Below, piece by piece: positions 1 through 9,426 of a stretch of 64,000 nt of DNA. The stretch covers positions 64,001-128,000 of the forward strand of contig CAVPKK010000005.1 of assembly GCA_963705705.1 (NCBI GenBank). The letters run 5' to 3'. Position 1 is the first letter of the stretch; each line of letters opens with the position of its first letter. The translations under genes and the position numbers were made by a program. The notes under the pieces were generated by a model. It was not told where the DNA came from. It saw only the letters and a list, made by a program, of their open reading frames with translations, and ran no database searches. The stretch comes from an uncultured bacterium (GTDB lineage Bacteria > Babelota > Babeliae > Babelales > JABCYS01).

Positions 1-1207
1 AGTGGTATCATTTGCGAACGGAAGGCAAGCAACCAGTTAAGGTGGCCAAAGCCGCGTGTTGGGTTGTCTCGATGATCAAAGCGTCCCGCATAAATTGGTT
101 CCATGATAGTGCCAAAATCGGTAGCAAGGTTGCGGATGAGAGCAAAATATAAATCGTATGACAAGCGTTCTTTTATGAGCTGCCCAGTAAATAAAACACC
201 CGGTGCATACTGATCGATGGCGTTATCACTAAAAAAACCAACAAGTTGCCCATTCAGCCCATACGCTTCACCAAGCGCAATACCTTGCCCAATTTTAAAT
301 GGGTAATAACCGGCAATAAGATATTGTTTGAGTTTATCATCCCAGCCAAATACGCCGTTAATTAATGTTTTTAGCCAGCCTTCACGGATCCAAACGAGGT
401 GGCGGCCAAGATCATGGGTATGGGTGCCAAAGTTTGCACCGCCTAGATTTAGAGTAGTTTCGGTAGTCGTAACAATTTTACGGCTTCCCCAGTTACCTTT
501 ATTGCGCAAGGTAGTTTTGAATTCTACGGCGCGAGGAATGCATTCTGTGTTGTATGCCGCATTAAAGTTGAGATCAAAAGTGTGGCGGAAAATTAATAGG
601 CGATCGTTTGGAAAGCATTCGTTCAAGAATGAGTTATCTTTTTGGTAAAAAACTTCTGGCCGATACTTACCAGTAATACTAAATTCGCCGGTTTTCTTTT
701 TAATCAGAAAAATTGGTGGCAACACAGGGCCTGCATAATCTTCGGCTTTTTCATGCTCGATGAACGGCGTAACAATTTCATTAGGAAGTGCGCGTTGCAA
801 AGCGCCTGGAGCATCTACGATATTTGGTGTGCATTCACCCTCTTCTGCCGCTTCAACAACACGTTCAGTACCAAATGCAGATTCAACCGGGGGCTCATAT
901 ACACATTCTTCATCGGATACTATTTCATATACGGGCTCCGATGGCGGTGGAGGCAATTGTTTGTTTAGTGGCTTTAGCTTTTTTCTTTGGGAACCTGAAT
1001 TACTTCTTCATCCTCAGTATCTGGAATGGCGACTGGCGTTAGATCATCCTCTGCTAAAAATAAGAAATCTTGATCATCTGGGGCGTCAACTTCATGCACT
1101 TGTGGTGCAGTTGATTGAGCAACAGGTATTGGCTTATTTTCTGCGTACAATGAAAGAGTTGGCAATAGCAATATCGAAAGGAAATATGCGCGCTGGAGCA
1201 TGGTCAT
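1..1207 (-). pseudogene. Frameshifted exported protein, possibly outer-membrane beta-barrel type; runs off the left edge
   Basis: The 77-aa ORF 974..1207 has a signal peptide (MTMLQRAYFLSILLLPTLSLYA). The -1 frame opens near the T6 run at 979-984 and I read it open down to about position 120 (KLKPLNKQLPPPPSEP...WIREGWLK...YYPFKIGQGIALGEAY...). It may be an intact gene with a sequencing error. Confidence 0.6.
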
Positions 1208-1344
1208 AACTGTCAGTTCCGGTAAATTAAGATAAAGTCTCGTACCGCTTAATCAAAAAGTAGCGGTGGCGTGCAACATTACCGATTCTTGCTGAGAAAA
1301 TCAATGCAAATAAGAGAAATAGGATTTTTAAGAAAGACTGAATC

Positions 1345-2211
1345 ATGACGAAACACAAATTATTACTCGGTGCACACATGTCTATTGCCGGTGGTGTTCA
1401 CAATGCCATAGCTCGAGGCGAATCTATTGGCTGCACCGCAATTCAGATCTTTACGAAGAGCAATCGGCAGTGGCATGCGGCACCATTAAAAGAAGAAGAA
1501 ATTAAGCTGTTTAAAGAGGCAGTTAAGCAATCAAAGCTTATTTCTAAAAAAGATATCGTGGTGCATGCAGCATATCTTATTAACATTGCCACCAAAGACG
1601 CTGCCATGCGAAAAAAATCACTTCATGGCTTAAACCAAGAATTAGCTCGCTGCGAACAGCTCGATATCCCATCGCTGGTCTTGCATCCTGGTTCTCGCGT
1701 GGAAACCGATGAAGATACATCAGTCAGCCTTATCGCTGAGGCGATCGATGAAGCATTTGAAAAAGTGCCTGGCTCTGCAAAAATTCTTATCGAGACCATG
1801 GCGGGTCAAGGGAGCAGTATGTGTTCCACATTAGAACAAATCGCGGCTGTTATCAAGAAGTCTCATCACAAAAAAAGAGTTGGTGTTTGCATAGACAGCT
1901 GTCACTTATTCGCAGCAGGCTATGATATTAAAAATCATTACAAAGAAGTGATGAAACAATTCGATGATCTTATCGGCTTGGATAAATTGCACGCAATTCA
2001 TATCAATGACAGCAAAAAAGGATTGGGTTCTCGCGTTGACCGCCATGCAGACATTGGCAAAGGGGAGCTGGGCACAGAATTCTTTAAACATTTATTTACT
2101 GACCACCGGTTGGTTGATGTGCCAAAAATTTTAGAAACCCCTAAAACAGGTGATGATGTTATGAAGGATTATGTTCGCAACATGGATGTAATTAAGAAGC
2201 TGATCGACTAA
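1345..2211 (+). CDS. nfo: Endonuclease IV (AP endonuclease)
   Basis: LGAHMSIAGG, HAAYLIN, VLHPG, ETMAGQG, DSCH, HINDSK, DRH and ILETP metal-binding motifs. Confidence 0.96.
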   Translation: MTKHKLLLGAHMSIAGGVHNAIARGESIGCTAIQIFTKSNRQWHAAPLKEEEIKLFKEAVKQSKLISKKDIVVHAAYLINIATKDAAMRKKSLHGLNQELARCEQLDIPSLVLHPGSRVETDEDTSVSLIAEAIDEAFEKVPGSAKILIETMAGQGSSMCSTLEQIAAVIKKSHHKKRVGVCIDSCHLFAAGYDIKNHYKEVMKQFDDLIGLDKLHAIHINDSKKGLGSRVDRHADIGKGELGTEFFKHLFTDHRLVDVPKILETPKTGDDVMKDYVRNMDVIKKLID

Positions 2212-3220
2212 GTACATTTTTATTGTGGTCAAGCACAATGTAATACCAGGCGCAGAGCAGAATGGCCATAACAAAGATCAAGCCACGAAATGCTAAGTAA
2301 TTAAGTACAAAGGCATATGCCACACAAAGAAGCACGAGTGAGCAGGCTGCTACAAAAAGCAAAATTTGCGGAACTGTCCAACCTTTACCGCGCAATAACA
2401 AGCAAAAATGGTGCGGGCTCGGCTTGTAAAAGGGAATGCCTTTCGCAGTTCGAATGATAATCAGCGTAACTACTTCAACCAGGGGAATCGCCAAGACAAC
2501 AATTGGTGTCAGAAAGCCCATTGCATTATGTTGGCTCCAGGAAAAAATAAATGGGACTACTGAAAGCAAACCGCCAATGAATAACGCACCTGCATCACCC
2601 AGGTAAATTTGCGCCTTTGGCTTGTTGTACCACAAGAATGCGATCAATGCGCCAATCAATGAAGCCATTAGTAAAGCAACATCATGTTGACCCAAGAAGA
2701 ACGCGATTGCCAAGAAAGAAACAGAAGCGCCGAGCGACGTCATGGTAGCAAGGCCGTCCATGACGTCGATAAGATTAAATCCGTTAACAATCGTCAAAAT
2801 CCAGAGCAATGAGATGGGTATTGCAATAAGCCAATGCGTATAAAGAAATGATTCTTTAAGATACAAGCCGCCTTTTAAAAAACAGATAGAGGCAATAAAT
2901 TGCCCCAAAAATTTTTGCCAGGGAGCGAGCGCTACCAAATCATCAAAAACGCCTACTAGCAATAATAACGAACTGCCAACGAGCAAGAAGAAAAAGCTAT
3001 TTTCGATAGGGAAGACGAGTGCAAGACCTGCTAAGAAACCGCCATATACGGCAACACCCCCAAGATAGGGAGTAATGGTTTCATGTTTTTTGATCTTACC
3101 ATCAGGTACGTCGACCACCCCCAGCCTTACTGCGAGTTTGCACAGCAATGGCACGAGGGCAAAGCTGACAAGAAATGAAATTACTCCAGCAATGGCTAAC
3201 TTGAGTATGAACGGAATCAC
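2192..3220 (-). CDS. Polyprenyl-phosphate N-acetylhexosamine-1-phosphate transferase (WecA/TagO-like, MraY superfamily)
   Basis: Multi-pass membrane protein with KHETITPYLGG, GVFDD, NGFNLIDVMDGLA and IYLGDAG motifs. Confidence 0.9.
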   Translation of the reverse strand: MIPFILKLAIAGVISFLVSFALVPLLCKLAVRLGVVDVPDGKIKKHETITPYLGGVAVYGGFLAGLALVFPIENSFFFLLVGSSLLLLVGVFDDLVALAPWQKFLGQFIASICFLKGGLYLKESFLYTHWLIAIPISLLWILTIVNGFNLIDVMDGLATMTSLGASVSFLAIAFFLGQHDVALLMASLIGALIAFLWYNKPKAQIYLGDAGALFIGGLLSVVPFIFSWSQHNAMGFLTPIVVLAIPLVEVVTLIIIRTAKGIPFYKPSPHHFCLLLRGKGWTVPQILLFVAACSLVLLCVAYAFVLNYLAFRGLIFVMAILLCAWYYIVLDHNKNVLSRSAS

Positions 3221-3223
3221 TTT

Positions 3224-5446
3224 TTACTCGCCTTTGGTCTCGATATACGCTTCAACTCGATCGCCTTCTTCCCAATCATTAAACTTATCGATCATGAAAG
3301 CGCACTCAAAACCTTTTAATACTTCTTTTACCGATTTTCGATCGCGTTGTAGAGAGGTAATTTTACCTTCGCCAACTTTCTTTGTTCCGCGCCACACAAC
3401 CACGGTGCTTTGGCTCGTAATTTTCCCTTCTTGTACATAGCATCCAGCGATAACGCCAACACCTTTGATCGGGAAAATTTTGCGGACTTCTACTTGGCCG
3501 ATTTTTTGTTTGATAATAACCGGCTCTTTAGCACCTTTTATAAGATCTTTAAGCCCATCGAACAGCTTATAAATAATATCATGTGGTTCAATATCAATCT
3601 TTTCGCGTTGCGCCGCTTCGATAGCACTTGGCTCTGCTCTAACGTGCAAGGTTACAATGCGCGAGTCGGTATTAGCTGCAAGCATAACATCGCCTTCAGT
3701 TACCGGGCCGACGCCCGAACTGACTACATGTAATTGCACATCGCCTTTACCAGAAAGGCCTGGTAATGCGCCCAAGATTGCTTCCAGGGAAGAGTGATTG
3801 TCGGCTTTAACAATGATATTAATAGAATTTTCTGGCTGTACAGCTTTGGCCGTAGCGGCTTTTCTTTCTGCGCCAAGCACACCGGTTTTCGAACGCGCTT
3901 GCCTAAATATTGGCTCGGTCACTGCCTTAAAGTTGTCGCCAACGGCAGGTAAATCATCAAAGCCAGTAATTTGAACAGGTACCGATGGCGGAGCGCTCAA
4001 TACGCGTTCGCCTTCGGAATTTAGCATTGCAGTAACTTTACCCTGGGTATCACCGCAGGTGAAATAGTCACCAATTTTTAACGTGCCTTCATGGCAGATG
4101 ACCGTTGCTACAGCTCCGCGACCTTTTTCAAGCTTCGATTCCAGCACAAAACCATTTCCTGGCAATGTAGGATCAGCCTTAAGGTCCATCATCTGGGCTT
4201 GTAGGGAAAGAATTTCGAGTAACTCGTCGACGCCTGTTCCAACTTTGGCCGAGATTGGAACGAAGATAGTAGTACCACCCCATGACTCTGCCAATAAGTC
4301 GTATTGTGATAGATCTCGTTTTACGACGTCTATGCGCTCAGGGCCAACCTTATCAATTTTATTTACCGCAACAATGATCGGAATATTGTTGGCCTTGGCA
4401 ATTTTTAATGCCTCAAGTGTTTGCGGCTTAACGCTATCATCAGCTGCGACTACAAGAATCGCAATATCGGCAACGCGGGAACCGCGCATACGGATTTTTG
4501 AGAACGCTTCATGGCCTGGTGTATCTAAAAATACCAGTCCGCCATGCGCCGTTGGTACTTCGTATGCTCCCAAGTGTTGGGTAATGCCACCTTTTTCACG
4601 AGCAGCGACACGTGTTTTGCGAATAAAATCTAGGAGCGTTGTTTTGCCATGGTCAACGTGACCCATCACGACCACAATTGGCATCCGTTCGATAGCTTTG
4701 TGTGTGATGGCCGTGCGTTCTCTTTTTTCTTGCTCCGCAACAGGTTGAACGGTCTGCGCAGTCGTTACTACTTCAATGCCCAAAGAGCGGGCTAAGTCAG
4801 CCACTGCTTGTATGGGTACAATTTGATTTTTTGCCGCCGCGATCCCTTTTTTTAATAGCGCTAAAATAATCTCACCGACCGACTTGTGCAGATATGCAGC
4901 TAATTGGTCAGGAGTCATTGGGCGTAATTCGATTGAGGTTGGCATAGCAACGACAGGAGGCGTTGGTATGGCAGGTTGCGGCCGTGCGGGCGGATAACCT
5001 TTGTGTTGTGATTGCGGCTTAAAAGTAGGTTTATGCGCTGGAATGTGTCGCATCTGAGAAGGAGCGGGGTGGTGCGCACTAACCGGACGATGTTGCTGCG
5101 GCGCTTGAGCTGCCATCGAAGGCTTTGCTGGAGCGGCATGCGCTTGCTTTACTGCCGTGGCAGGTTCGGGCGCCTTGTGTGGTGCTTCAGGCTTAACGGC
5201 GGTTTCTTTGACTGGCATTGTTGTTTTTTTCTCTCGTCCTTCGACTGGCTCAGGATGAGCGGAAAAAGCTTTGACAGGCTTAGCGGCCGGAGGTGCTTGT
5301 TTGGAAAGTTCTTTTTCGAGATACGCACGCATCTCATCGGTAAGGGCAACAAAATGTGTAGCTGCCTTAAAGCCACCCTTGGCCAATAGATCCATTATTG
5401 TTTTTGCTGGTAATTTAACTTGCTTTGCGTATTCGTATATGCGCAT
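3224..5446 (-). CDS. infB: Translation initiation factor IF-2
   Basis: [23 protein letters not shown] and NKID GTPase motifs; MRIYE N-terminus; directly downstream of nusA. Confidence 0.98.
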   Translation of the reverse strand: MRIYEYAKQVKLPAKTIMDLLAKGGFKAATHFVALTDEMRAYLEKELSKQAPPAAKPVKAFSAHPEPVEGREKKTTMPVKETAVKPEAPHKAPEPATAVKQAHAAPAKPSMAAQAPQQHRPVSAHHPAPSQMRHIPAHKPTFKPQSQHKGYPPARPQPAIPTPPVVAMPTSIELRPMTPDQLAAYLHKSVGEIILALLKKGIAAAKNQIVPIQAVADLARSLGIEVVTTAQTVQPVAEQEKRERTAITHKAIERMPIVVVMGHVDHGKTTLLDFIRKTRVAAREKGGITQHLGAYEVPTAHGGLVFLDTPGHEAFSKIRMRGSRVADIAILVVAADDSVKPQTLEALKIAKANNIPIIVAVNKIDKVGPERIDVVKRDLSQYDLLAESWGGTTIFVPISAKVGTGVDELLEILSLQAQMMDLKADPTLPGNGFVLESKLEKGRGAVATVICHEGTLKIGDYFTCGDTQGKVTAMLNSEGERVLSAPPSVPVQITGFDDLPAVGDNFKAVTEPIFRQARSKTGVLGAERKAATAKAVQPENSINIIVKADNHSSLEAILGALPGLSGKGDVQLHVVSSGVGPVTEGDVMLAANTDSRIVTLHVRAEPSAIEAAQREKIDIEPHDIIYKLFDGLKDLIKGAKEPVIIKQKIGQVEVRKIFPIKGVGVIAGCYVQEGKITSQSTVVVWRGTKKVGEGKITSLQRDRKSVKEVLKGFECAFMIDKFNDWEEGDRVEAYIETKGE
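5237..5283. repeat. Palindromic-element copy within infB plus a degenerate second half-copy
   Basis: TCCTTCGACTGGCTCAGGATGAGCGG followed by CTTTGACAGGCTTAG; encodes SAHPEPVEG in IF-2. Confidence 0.75.
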
Positions 5447-5448
5447 AC

Positions 5449-6585
5449 CTATTCTCCATGTTCATTCGATTGTTCATCGGTATGCTGCTCGGACGAATCT
5501 TCCCGCTTATCCTGATGATGAGAGAGCTCGCTCTCTTCATGATGTTCATCTTCAAATTCAGGATGTTCTTCCCTAACTTCAAGCTGCTGTAAACGAATGT
5601 CCATACCCGTTAACTGTGAAGCCAATTGTATATTCTGGCCCATTCTGCCAATGGCAAGGGAACGCTGATCTTCGGCCAACCAAACGTTAGCTGTATGGTC
5701 AATAATTTCTATACGCGCAATTTCGGCAGGCTTGAGCGCATCACGCACCAACTCCTCAGCAGAATCACTGCCGGAGATGATATCTATCTTTTCGTTGTTA
5801 AGTTCTTTAAGAATCGGCTTAATTCGGACACCGCCAACACCAACACAGGTGCCAACCGGATCAATATTTTGCCCATTAGAAATAACAACAACCTTGGATT
5901 TATATCCAGGAATACGCACGATCTTTTTAATTTCAACCAGCTTTTCGTATACCTCAGGGATTTCGAGCTCAAAAAGCTTGCTTACAAAATCAGAGGATAC
6001 GCGATCGAGAATCAGTTGGTTTTCATTGCGCGGCTCAATAAGAACTTCCTTAAGCATGCAACGGATTGGCATCCCTACAATACACTTATCACCAGGAATC
6101 ATGAGTGAGCTTGGCAAGAAGGCTGACTGGTCTTGGATTTTTACATCTACACCGTTTCGTTCGCATTTATTCACGGTACCGATAACGATATCGCCAAGGC
6201 GATCTTTGAAGTCGTTGTAAACGGCAGCGGCTTCAATTTCACGAATACGGGATGCAATAACCTGTTTTGCACGAATAATTTCGATACGCCCGATAGAACC
6301 CTCAAACGGAACGCCGACTTTGTCGCCAAGGTCTAATTTTTTATTGATTCCGCGAGCTTTACGGAGACTTATTTGACGGTCTTCGTCCTCGACGTTTTGG
6401 ACGATTTCCTTTTCTACAAGCACTTGGATTTCGTCCGATTTTTTGTCGTAGGTGACAGAAATAGGTAATTCAGGATAGCGTTTCTGATAGGCAGTTTGTA
6501 TGCCTTCGCAAATAATCGTACTGAGGACTGATTTGTCGAGCCCTCGCTCTTCTACAAGTTCTTCTAAAACGTCGCCTAGTCTCAC
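5449..6585 (-). CDS. nusA: Transcription termination/antitermination factor NusA
   Basis: KLFELEIPEV, RIPGYKSKV, DPVGTCVG, EKIDII and AIGRMGQNIQLASQLTG; acidic His-rich tail. Confidence 0.97.
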   Translation of the reverse strand: MRLGDVLEELVEERGLDKSVLSTIICEGIQTAYQKRYPELPISVTYDKKSDEIQVLVEKEIVQNVEDEDRQISLRKARGINKKLDLGDKVGVPFEGSIGRIEIIRAKQVIASRIREIEAAAVYNDFKDRLGDIVIGTVNKCERNGVDVKIQDQSAFLPSSLMIPGDKCIVGMPIRCMLKEVLIEPRNENQLILDRVSSDFVSKLFELEIPEVYEKLVEIKKIVRIPGYKSKVVVISNGQNIDPVGTCVGVGGVRIKPILKELNNEKIDIISGSDSAEELVRDALKPAEIARIEIIDHTANVWLAEDQRSLAIGRMGQNIQLASQLTGMDIRLQQLEVREEHPEFEDEHHEESELSHHQDKREDSSEQHTDEQSNEHGE

Positions 6586-6697
6586 AGGTATCCCTTAGAT
6601 GTGCTTTTTGATCTGAAATTAAATGGGCGGCCTTTCGACCACCCATAGGAGGAATATAGCAAGAACTAAGGGAAAAACAAACGCAGGTCGATAGGGA

Positions 6698-6876
6698 CTA
6701 GCCCGTAATACGATACTCAATAAATGCCAATTCGGCTGCAAATTTTGGGTCCTTCTCTGCCATTGCGTTAACCTCTCTAGGGCATGAAGTACAGTTGTAT
6801 GATCCATGCGACCTAAAAAAAAGCCTACCTCAACCAAGGAACGGTCAGTCAGCTTACGTAAAAGGTGTTTTAATTT
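6698..6876 (-). pseudogene. dnaA: Remnant of the dnaA 3' end (domain IV), frameshifted, with no upstream dnaA body
   Basis: Reads LLRKLTDRSLVEVGFFLGRMDHTTVLHALE (DnaA signature). Adding one A at about 6775 continues as KVNAMAEKDPKFAAELAFIEYRITG*. An in-frame TAA lies just upstream at 6877-6879. Confidence 0.85.
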
Positions 6877-6929
6877 TTAGCTTAAAGGGAGAACTTGGAT
6901 TTTTTCAAGAAACGGATGCCTTGGGATGG

Positions 6930-7363
6930 GTTTGTCCACATCGCTAATATCTTACTCTTAATAAACTAAGTATATATATAATAATAGTAGGCGACCCCCC
7001 TCTTTGTGGATAACTCAAAATCACGAAAAAGTTGTCGGAGTTTTTGATTAAGTTTTTTCAAAAAAAGTTAATGTTAACCTTTAATAGGACAATTTGCTTT
7101 TCTTTGTGGAATTGATTGGATCGATCTTCCGAGTTGACGAAACAATCCGCGAGCTGTCTACAGCGTTGTCGACTTACATAATGTCTTTTGGTTATTGCAT
7201 CTATTCAGCATAGTCGAAGGAACAAATTTTCCTTTGTGGCTGCGGAAATTTCTTGTTTCTGACTTTGCTCAATCTATGACTAACCAAATACAAACTATTG
7301 AGTTCGTATAACTTTTAAGTTAGAGAATCGAAAGTTTGGTATTTTTAGGAGCACTTATCCACA
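6930..7363. other. Probable replication origin (oriC)
   Basis: Perfect DnaA boxes TGTGGATAA (7005-7013) and TTATCCACA (7355-7363); near-matches TTGTCCACA (6932-6940) and TGTGGAATT (7105-7113). A TATATATA tract, TAA-TAA-TAG-TAG trios and a GC-rich spacer precede box 7005. Confidence 0.6.
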
Positions 7364-7923
7364 TCAATCACAAATGCCAAATCCGCCGTAAATGTCTTAA
7401 GCGCGGGCGGGTTTCGTAGAATGTAAGCCGGATGATAGGTCGGTATTAATTTGAAACCTTGCCATTTCAACACGGTGCCGCGAACTTTGGTGATTTTCAT
7501 TTCAGTACCGAGCATGGCCTGTAAGGGCGAATTACCTAAGGTGCAGATGATTTTTGGTTGTATGATTTTGATTTGATTGAAAAGAAAAAGTGTCATGCAA
7601 ATTGAGCTCTCCATCAAAAGCGGAGCGCGGTTTTTTGGTGGGCGGCATTTTACAATGTTGGTGATGAAAACGTCTTCTCGTTTGATGCCCAAGCTCTCAA
7701 TGGTTTTTGTGAGTAGCTTGCCTGATCGGCCAATGAACGGCCTACCTTGCGCATCTTCGTCAGCCCCGGGACCTTCACCAATAAACATGAGGCGAGCGTC
7801 AGGATCGCCCTCACCCCACACAATATTTGTTCGGCCCAAAGTGCCAAGTGGGCACTGAGTACAATTTTGAAAGGGCGCGTAGAGTTCGTTTAATAATTTT
7901 TGCTTGGATGCTTTTGATTTCAT
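7345..7923 (-). CDS. Uracil-DNA glycosylase, family 4 ([4Fe-4S] type)
   Basis: CTQCPL, IGEGPG.DED.QGRPFIGRSG, NIVKCRPPKNR and PTYHPA. Confidence 0.93.
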   Translation of the reverse strand: MKSKASKQKLLNELYAPFQNCTQCPLGTLGRTNIVWGEGDPDARLMFIGEGPGADEDAQGRPFIGRSGKLLTKTIESLGIKREDVFITNIVKCRPPKNRAPLLMESSICMTLFLFNQIKIIQPKIICTLGNSPLQAMLGTEMKITKVRGTVLKWQGFKLIPTYHPAYILRNPPALKTFTADLAFVIDVDKCS

Positions 7924-7965
7924 GGCTCAGAGTATAGCAGTCCTCTTTTTTAGCCCCAACAAAAA

Positions 7966-9378
7966 TTAAACAGTTGGTTGCAGGTAGGTGCGAATGAATG
8001 GCAGCCAAGCATTACCCGGTCGTTGATCATCACCCATAGCAAATGTTGTCTTTGGGAATGAACTATGAATGCGCGCTACGGGGCAATAGATTGAGATCCC
8101 CCGTGCTTGATTATATTTTTTGCCAACATTGTTGCTGACAACAGCTTGATCGATCAGGGTTAGCCCTAGGCTCAGTTTTTCGGATAAAGCTGTTTTTAAC
8201 GCTTGGCCATCAGTGTCACTATCAAATTGGAATAGGCGGAGATTCTGTAGCAAGTTATAATATAAGTGGCCCAAATCCTTGTAGTTTGGATCGTCGAAAG
8301 CCGTACATGTTTTGCAACTTACCGCAATTGCATCGCGCACCGACCGCCCTTTTTGTTCGTTCAGGCACTCGATAAGCAATAATGAAACCTCATGTAAGTT
8401 TCGTTCCACCAATTGAGCTGCCTGCATATCGAGTGCAGACTGGGTATAGTCGGAAGTAAGATAATAATAAGCTTGCTCGTAACTTTGGCTCATATGTGCA
8501 GCAAATGAGCGCGCATCCATGGGCCCTTTGTTTAGTGGAGTAAGCATTAAGCGATAGTTATGCCCAGTGCCCGGTTCAACATCCTCGGATGCCACCATAA
8601 ATTCAGAGTGCTTCATTACAATATCAATCATGCCAAGGTCGGCACATAAGCATGCATCAAAGCCTATTACACCCCATTTTTTGCCATGCAACACTTGTTG
8701 GTCAATTGTTTCAAAAGCATATGCCAAGCCCTGATTGTTGATGTAGCTTTTGTAAGCATCATCAAAGCAAATGGCTTTGTGTGGGATATTATCAAGATCA
8801 ATATCTGCATATGATTCAACGGCTTTGCTTACATCATACATGCTTGGCATTGATCCATAACCAAATAGCTCTGCTGTATCAATATATCGTGGCATGAATG
8901 GGTCAATAGAACCGCCCAAACCATGATCCCATAAAATGAGTGCATAATTATCGGCCGGATACGTATTAATCATCCAGGTGCAGAAATCAACCAAATTTTG
9001 CGGATCGCCGCTATTTCCTTGTGCTTTAGGATCTTGATATACCAGCTCCGGAGAATTTTTATCAACGTAAAAACGTTGGATTCCTTTTTTCCCAGGCTCA
9101 TCCCAATTCACCACAATGTTTAGGGAGTCTGACGAGCCCACCTCTAACATTTGGCGCATATTAATTTTTGAAAAAGGATGAAGGTCATTGCGTGCGGCCA
9201 TATATACGCCAAAAGTCCATGCTTTTTTTGGCTGTGGCGTCTGATCGCGGACCGAAGTGTGATGCTCATGCTGACTGCGTGATTCTTGCAGTACGTAATC
9301 CTTGAATGGATTGCTTGCATGTAAAATTGGTGTGATAAGAAATACGAAACTAAATACGTAATTTATATTTTTGCTCAT
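7966..9378 (-). CDS. Secreted clostripain-like cysteine peptidase (C11)
   Basis: Signal peptide; WTFGVYMAARNDL, YPADNYALILWDHG (catalytic His), GFDAC (catalytic Cys) and GISIY. Confidence 0.85.
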   Translation of the reverse strand: MSKNINYVFSFVFLITPILHASNPFKDYVLQESRSQHEHHTSVRDQTPQPKKAWTFGVYMAARNDLHPFSKINMRQMLEVGSSDSLNIVVNWDEPGKKGIQRFYVDKNSPELVYQDPKAQGNSGDPQNLVDFCTWMINTYPADNYALILWDHGLGGSIDPFMPRYIDTAELFGYGSMPSMYDVSKAVESYADIDLDNIPHKAICFDDAYKSYINNQGLAYAFETIDQQVLHGKKWGVIGFDACLCADLGMIDIVMKHSEFMVASEDVEPGTGHNYRLMLTPLNKGPMDARSFAAHMSQSYEQAYYYLTSDYTQSALDMQAAQLVERNLHEVSLLLIECLNEQKGRSVRDAIAVSCKTCTAFDDPNYKDLGHLYYNLLQNLRLFQFDSDTDGQALKTALSEKLSLGLTLIDQAVVSNNVGKKYNQARGISIYCPVARIHSSFPKTTFAMGDDQRPGNAWLPFIRTYLQPTV

Positions 9379-9426
9379 TACAATCTCCTTGAAACTATTT
9401 CTACTCCTTCACTCTAAAAAAATATC

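Noticed and set aside
975..990. Canonical programmed -1 frameshift at A-AAA-AAG
   Set aside because: The heptamer is out of phase (zero-frame codons are GAA AAA AGC) and no clear stimulatory structure was seen.
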